The notes under the pieces were generated by a model. That model saw only the letters and a list, made by a program, of their open reading frames with translations. It was not told where the DNA came from and did not search any database. From Heptranchias perlo (Eukaryota), in contig NW_027139442.1 in assembly GCF_035084215.1 (NCBI RefSeq), forward strand, positions 5,766,001 through 5,830,000: 64,000 nt of DNA, written 5' to 3'. Shown here one piece after another: positions 59,314 through 64,000 of this stretch (position 1 is its first letter; every line of letters starts with the position of its first letter). Position numbers and translations under genes: made by a program.

Positions 59314-59628
59314 AACAGGACTGAGTGTCCCAGCATTGACTGTGTGAGTAACAGGGCTGAGTGCCCCAGCGCTGACAGTGTGTATCACAGGACTGAGTGT
59401 CCCAGCATTGAATGTGTGAGCAACAGGGCTGAGTGCCCCAGCGCTGACAGTATGTATAACAGGACTGAGTGTCCCAGCATTGACTGTGTGAGGAACAGGG
59501 CTGAGTGTTCCAGCGCTGACAGTGTGTATAACAGGACTGAGTGTCGCAGCATTGACTGTGTGAGTAACAGGACTGAGTGTCCCAGCGCTAACAGTGTGTA
59601 TAACAGGAATGCATGTCCCAGCACTGAC
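59311..59628. repeat. 36/38-bp minisatellite, right part
   Basis: Same unit as 56122-56270 with alternating 36- and 38-bp variants. Confidence 0.92.
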
Positions 59629-59634
59629 GGTTCT

Positions 59635-59838
59635 TAGAATGCACATGGGGTGTGGAGGAGATAAATGGGTGGGGTCGATTCGATGATAGGGTGGAGTGAC
59701 ATGGGGTTGTCAGAAGTGATGAAAAACAGTTGGAGGAGGTTACAGAGATAGGGAGGGGGCGACGACCATGGAGGGTTTTGAACACAAGGATGCGGATTAT
59801 AAAATCGAGGCATTGCCGAAACGGGAGCCAATGTAGTA
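59635..59838 (-). mobile_element. L2 fragment
   Basis: LHWLPFRQCLDFIIRILVFKTLHG is typical of the L2 ORF2 C-terminus. Confidence 0.8.
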
Positions 59839-59858
59839 ACACACGAACAGAAACTTAC

Positions 59859-60977
59859 GGTTCACTGCCCCGCAGACAGGTGGAGAAGACATTGATATCC
59901 GCGAAGGAACAGTCAGGGTCACAGCAGTAGTCGAGTTCACTGACTCCGACAGCCAGGTCACAGGTACAAACGGGACCTGCGAAGGAAGACACACACAGAG
60001 ATCTTACAACAAAGCACGGACAGTCTCAAAGACCACCTCCCTCCCTTGCCTAAATCCATGATCACCGTCTTCTCCATCTCCCAAAATCAATCTGCGGACT
60101 TATCCTCCCACTGCTTTCTACTCACCGAATTACAGCTTCCAAATACCCAGCACAACACACTTAATAAAAAATAATAATTATGTGGAGAGAATAGAGAAGC
60201 TGCGATTACTCTCTTTAGACCAGAGAAGTTTAAGGGGAGATTGACCAGTGTGGTACCGTGGATGAGGGACTTCAGTTACGTGGAGAGACTGGAGAAGCTG
60301 GGATTGTTCTCCTTGGAGCAGAGACAGTAAAGGGGAGATTAAATAGAGGGGTTCAAAATGAGGAGGGGTTTCGATGTATTAGATGGGGAGAAACTGTTGC
60401 CACTGGCGAGAGGGTCGGTAACCAGAGGACACAGATTGAAGGGAATTGGGAAAAGAGCCGGAGGGAGATGAGGAGAATGTTTTTAGGCAGCGAGTTGTTC
60501 TGATCTGGAATTCATTGCGTGAAAGGGCGGTGGGAACAGTTTCAATAATAACTTTCAAACGGGAATCGGATCAATCCTTGAAGGGGGGAAATTTGCGGGA
60601 CTGTGGGGAAAGAGCAGGGGTATGGGACTAATGGGATCGCTCTTTCACTGAGCCGGCACAGGCGCGATCGGCCGAGCGGCCTCTCTATGTGCTGTTTGAT
60701 TCTCACTCACTTTTCTCTCCGACCCACGGCCCGTTTAACTTGGAGGCGGCAGAGTGACTGCCCCCGGAGCCCAGCTGGACATCGGGCGCTGCCAGAGTGG
60801 AGATTCACGGGGCCCGCAGGAAGGCCCGAGTAACTCCGCCCGCCTCCCCATTACCACCAACCCCCCCCCCGCTCTCTCCTCTCAGCACACTCCCCGGGTG
60901 CGGGCCCTCCCTCTGTCGGCCTCACCCCGCCCAAAGCAGCCCCCACCCGCGCGCCGGCCCGAGACCGCCATCATCAT
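59859..60977 (-). pseudogene. Truncated tectonic-family (TCTN3/TCTN1-like) gene fragment: disrupted exon 1 (~60977-60711) and exon 2 (59976-59859)
   Basis: Exon 2 (118 nt, cttcgcag acceptor, gtaagt donor) reads PVCTCDLAVGVSELDYCCDPDCSFADINVFSTCLRGS, matching the tectonic CxCDL..CD.NCCCD.DC...VFS.C motif with two Cys lost; exon 1 has an in-frame stop; no further exons found. Confidence 0.72.
60178..60700 (+). mobile_element. CR1 3' fragments in the tectonic-like intron
   Basis: RDFSYVERLEKLGLFSLEQR and WNSLRERAV. Confidence 0.85.
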
Positions 60978-61140
60978 CCGCCCGGCGCCGTCCTGTTGCT
61001 GAGGGAACGCGGCACAGAAAAAGCGCGGCGCATGCGCGGCGTCCCTCGGACCGGAGCGTCACGTACGCGCCGTGACGTCAGCGCGCAATGGGGAGAAACG
61101 CTGTCGCGTGTCGCGTGATGGGAAGAGGGGCGGAGAAGGT
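60720..61140 (-). promoter_or_regulatory. CpG island promoter with NRF1 and CRE motifs
   Basis: Very CpG-rich; GCGCATGCGC at 61028-61037, TGACGTCA at 61073-61080, GC boxes. Confidence 0.8.
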
Positions 61141-61999
61141 GAGAGCTCTTCATCAAAGGGCCAGAATATCGCACTCACTGCGCACAGGGTTTGGAGAATT
61201 TGTTTGGAATGCATAATGTGCAAGAATGAAATAAAAATAGAAATCGACAAAAAAAGGAATAAACTGCAAATGCAATAATCTGAATTTAAAACGGAAATGT
61301 CGAAACTCACATAAGGCGGATGGTCTGGGTCCTCCTGCCAATATTAGCCTTCTCTACCTGGGGATTAGGATGAGCAGAATGATTGAATGTAACTTTTTTA
61401 ATACAGAGGGTGCTGAATGGATGTAATGGAGCAGCAAGGGAGGCAGTGGGGCCTGATTGTATCAGCAAATTCCAGAAAGATGGCGAAGTACCTGATAGCG
61501 ATACCTTGGGATACGACAGCCTCGAAATTTAACATTATTTTTGGTACATGTGCACTAGTTTTTAGTGATTGCTGTACCGAGACACCTAAGCCCCTTTGCT
61601 TCTCTGCAGTCCCTAGTTTCTCACCATGAAGAAAATTCTCCTATTTCTCACTTGGTACCAACAATAGAATTACAGAGAATGTACGGAAGGCCGGTGTTTA
61701 TGCTCTACATGAACCTCCTGTCACCCTTCTTCATCTAACCCTATCAGCATATCTTTCTGTTCCTTGGAATATGACAGCCTCGAAATTGGGGTGTTCAATG
61801 TTATTTTTGGTACATGTGCACTCGCTTTCCACTCTTCACCATCCAATAATAACAGACTTTTACTGATTTGTGTACCGACACACCAAAGCCCCTTTGCTCC
61901 TCTACAGTCCCTATAGATGCTCTTTGTATTACTCCCCACATCTTTAGTCTGGTCGTATTTACTCTGTTCACTGTCCAATAACAACAGAGACGGTGAGAC

Positions 62000-62465
62000 T
62001 GGAATTTTTTTTGTATTTCAAAATATAGTTCATTTCATAATTTTTTTGGACACACACAGTTCAATGTAAATATCACAGTTACAATTCAAAACAATACAAT
62101 AAGAAACGTACGCACTACGGATTCCATTTTTACAATTCAAAACACAGTACATATTTTAGAAGACATGATGTACAATCGAAGGTGAAATGGCTTTACACAG
62201 TGACATTTCCCCATAGAGCCTTTGTGTGAGCCGCACCTCGCTTCAGTTTGTCCCACAGCTGCTGGGGGCTGATCTCCTCTCCGACTCCATGGTATAGGGA
62301 GTCATGTCTCTATGGAGGGGGGGTTATCAGCTTTTACCTGAATACACGGGTCCATTCGCCTACATTCATGTTAGTGTTTGGCAAACACCGTCTGATGTCG
62401 TTCACACACCTGTCGAACCTCAGGGTCAGAGACGTGGAAGGTAATTTCATCTTCTCTGCTTGGGC
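62000..62465 (-). mobile_element. Tx1/L1-clade LINE remnant, probably internally deleted
   Basis: LKRGAAHTKALWGNVTV* C-terminus, AT-rich 3' UTR and A tail; the upstream part resembles ORF1. Confidence 0.55.
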
Positions 62466-63693
62466 AGTAAACTGAAGGAGCAGAAATTAAAATCGGGCCG
62501 GTTCGATAAGGGGCAGATGATCCGCTCTACCAGTTCAGCCCCCGGCGATGGTGAAATTTTCCCTCCACGTGTTGTGATCTGATGCAGTTTGCACAACGGA
62601 CCAGCTTGTGGGCGTCGAAGATTGATACTCCTGCATAGGTCAGGAAAGATGTGGCCAATTTGAAGCATCATCGCCTGGCGGAAATGGGGTGGATGAGGCT
62701 AGTAAATGGTGTCAGGTCAATTAATGCCCCTTTAACACTCTGGTTCCTGCCTCCACCATCGTGGGGAGGGTCCTGAGAAGAGCGGCCGGAGCAACACGCA
62801 CCTGTTTCCGGTCAGGCCACGTGTAATATGTAAATCAGAGCTTTATGACGTGCACTGGAAACCATTTAATGTTGGGCAAAAATGGGTGGAGGAGCCGCCC
62901 TTTCGATGGGTATTGAGTGGTCCAGAACACTGAGAAGTTTATTTTTAACATATATCTTGTGGGGCAAGGAGGAGAAGGAGAGCTTTCCCTTGGCTTGATG
63001 CTGCTGTGAGAAATCTCCCTGATCGTTTCAGAAATGTATCAGGAGGTTTCCTTATAGATCTGTGCAACCAGTCCCAGCCTCATGTCCCATTAAACTCCCT
63101 GCAGTGAGTAAACATTGCTGCACAGAGCTCAGAGAGGAAACGATCTCCGGAACTGCCCACTGGAGTTTGAAATTACATTAATATTTTACCAGTTAGTAAC
63201 GGTCCGGGTGTTGTTCCATTATTATTCTGTTCTGGTCAAAACAAGTGTCCCAATGAACAGGACGCTGTCTGACTCTGACAGCTCACCCTCAGTCCATCCC
63301 ACCGGGCAGTGTGTGTGATGGGAAATAATCATCAACCGAAAAGGAGGATTTGATTTTATTCATTTCAGGATTAAACATTTAATATTGAAATCATATTATT
63401 TCCAAACTAAAACAGCAAAACATTTCATGTTAGAATCACATCTTTTATCATTTCACAACACCGCATTTGTCGGGTAAAATATTATTCCTGTCTGGTGTTC
63501 ACAAATTTATTTGAATTATTGGAATGATATCAGTTACTTTAGTGAACACATTGATGTCAATGGATCGTAAAATCAGGGGCGGTGAATAACGGGCGCAGGA
63601 TCCGCTACCGCCCGTCTTACACCACCGCCAAACATGAAAATCTACTCTCATTGACGTTTTATATAATTTTGAATGAAATGTAATTAGATGTTT

Positions 63694-64000
63694 CTATGAT
63701 TTAACGAATGTAACAATTAGATTCAGGGCGTATTTCACCCCGTTCTTCAGCTCCTCTCTGAATTTAGTCTGGGTCACAGCATAAATACACGTGTTGGTGC
63801 AGGAACTGAGAAGTTGAAGCATGAATCCGGCTGACTCAATGTCACTGACCGTATAATACTGGGTGTTTGTTGTATGCAGAGAGATAACATAAAAAACGTC
63901 TGTGCTCCATAACAATATAAAACTGCCTGATATACTGAAGAGTAAAATGATGGAATTCCTTCGGTTCTCCGTCTCTGGATCCTTGTGATTCCCCCCATTG
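63694..64000 (-). CDS. Second GPR139-like GPCR, 3' end of last exon (runs off the window)
   Basis: Frame from 63999: NGGNHKDPETENRRNSIILLFSISGSFILLW...GFMLQLLSSCTNTCIYAVTQTKFREELKNGVKY, a clear paralog of 8729-9627. Confidence 0.9.
   Translation of the reverse strand, partial: NGGNHKDPETENRRNSIILLFSISGSFILLWSTDVFYVISLHTTNTQYYTVSDIESAGFMLQLLSSCTNTCIYAVTQTKFREELKNGVKYALNLIVTFVKS

Noticed and set aside
59302-59646. Repetitive HTVSAGTLSPV ORFs
   Set aside because: Artefact of the 36/38-bp minisatellite
59797-59994. ORF-track frame VPFVPVTWLSES... for the exon at 59859-59976
   Set aside because: A different frame gives the recognisable tectonic Cys motif
62470-63110. GC-rich stretch that might be a DNA-transposon remnant (similar texture at 7180-7440 and 19790-20220)
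   Set aside because: Termini and TSD could not be defined by eye

Overview
Vertebrate (cartilaginous fish, most likely shark) genomic DNA, dense in CR1 and L2 LINE fragments. The main host gene can be assembled by hand on the minus strand from ~52.2 kb to ~19.6 kb. It has a split leader (31-nt and 24-nt exons), eight phase-1 C2-type Ig exons of the leukocyte-receptor-complex type (LILR/KIR/GPVI/FCAR/IGSF1-like), and a transmembrane exon with an N-terminal Arg, so it is a candidate activating immune receptor. Five of its Ig exons are tandem copies of one exon+intron module. It is flanked by two GPR139-like GPCR genes: a complete two-exon gene at 5.0-9.6 kb (+) and a partial one at the right edge (-). 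Also present: an inverted, dead copy of the Ig gene promoter and first exon; a truncated tectonic (TCTN3-like) gene fragment that keeps a CpG-island promoter; four degenerate tRNA genes in a cluster; a Penelope-type hairpin insertion with a 13-bp TSD; a solo LTR; a young CR1 with intact ORF2; and five minisatellites. All calls come from reading the sequence and no searches were run. Repeat boundaries are approximate.
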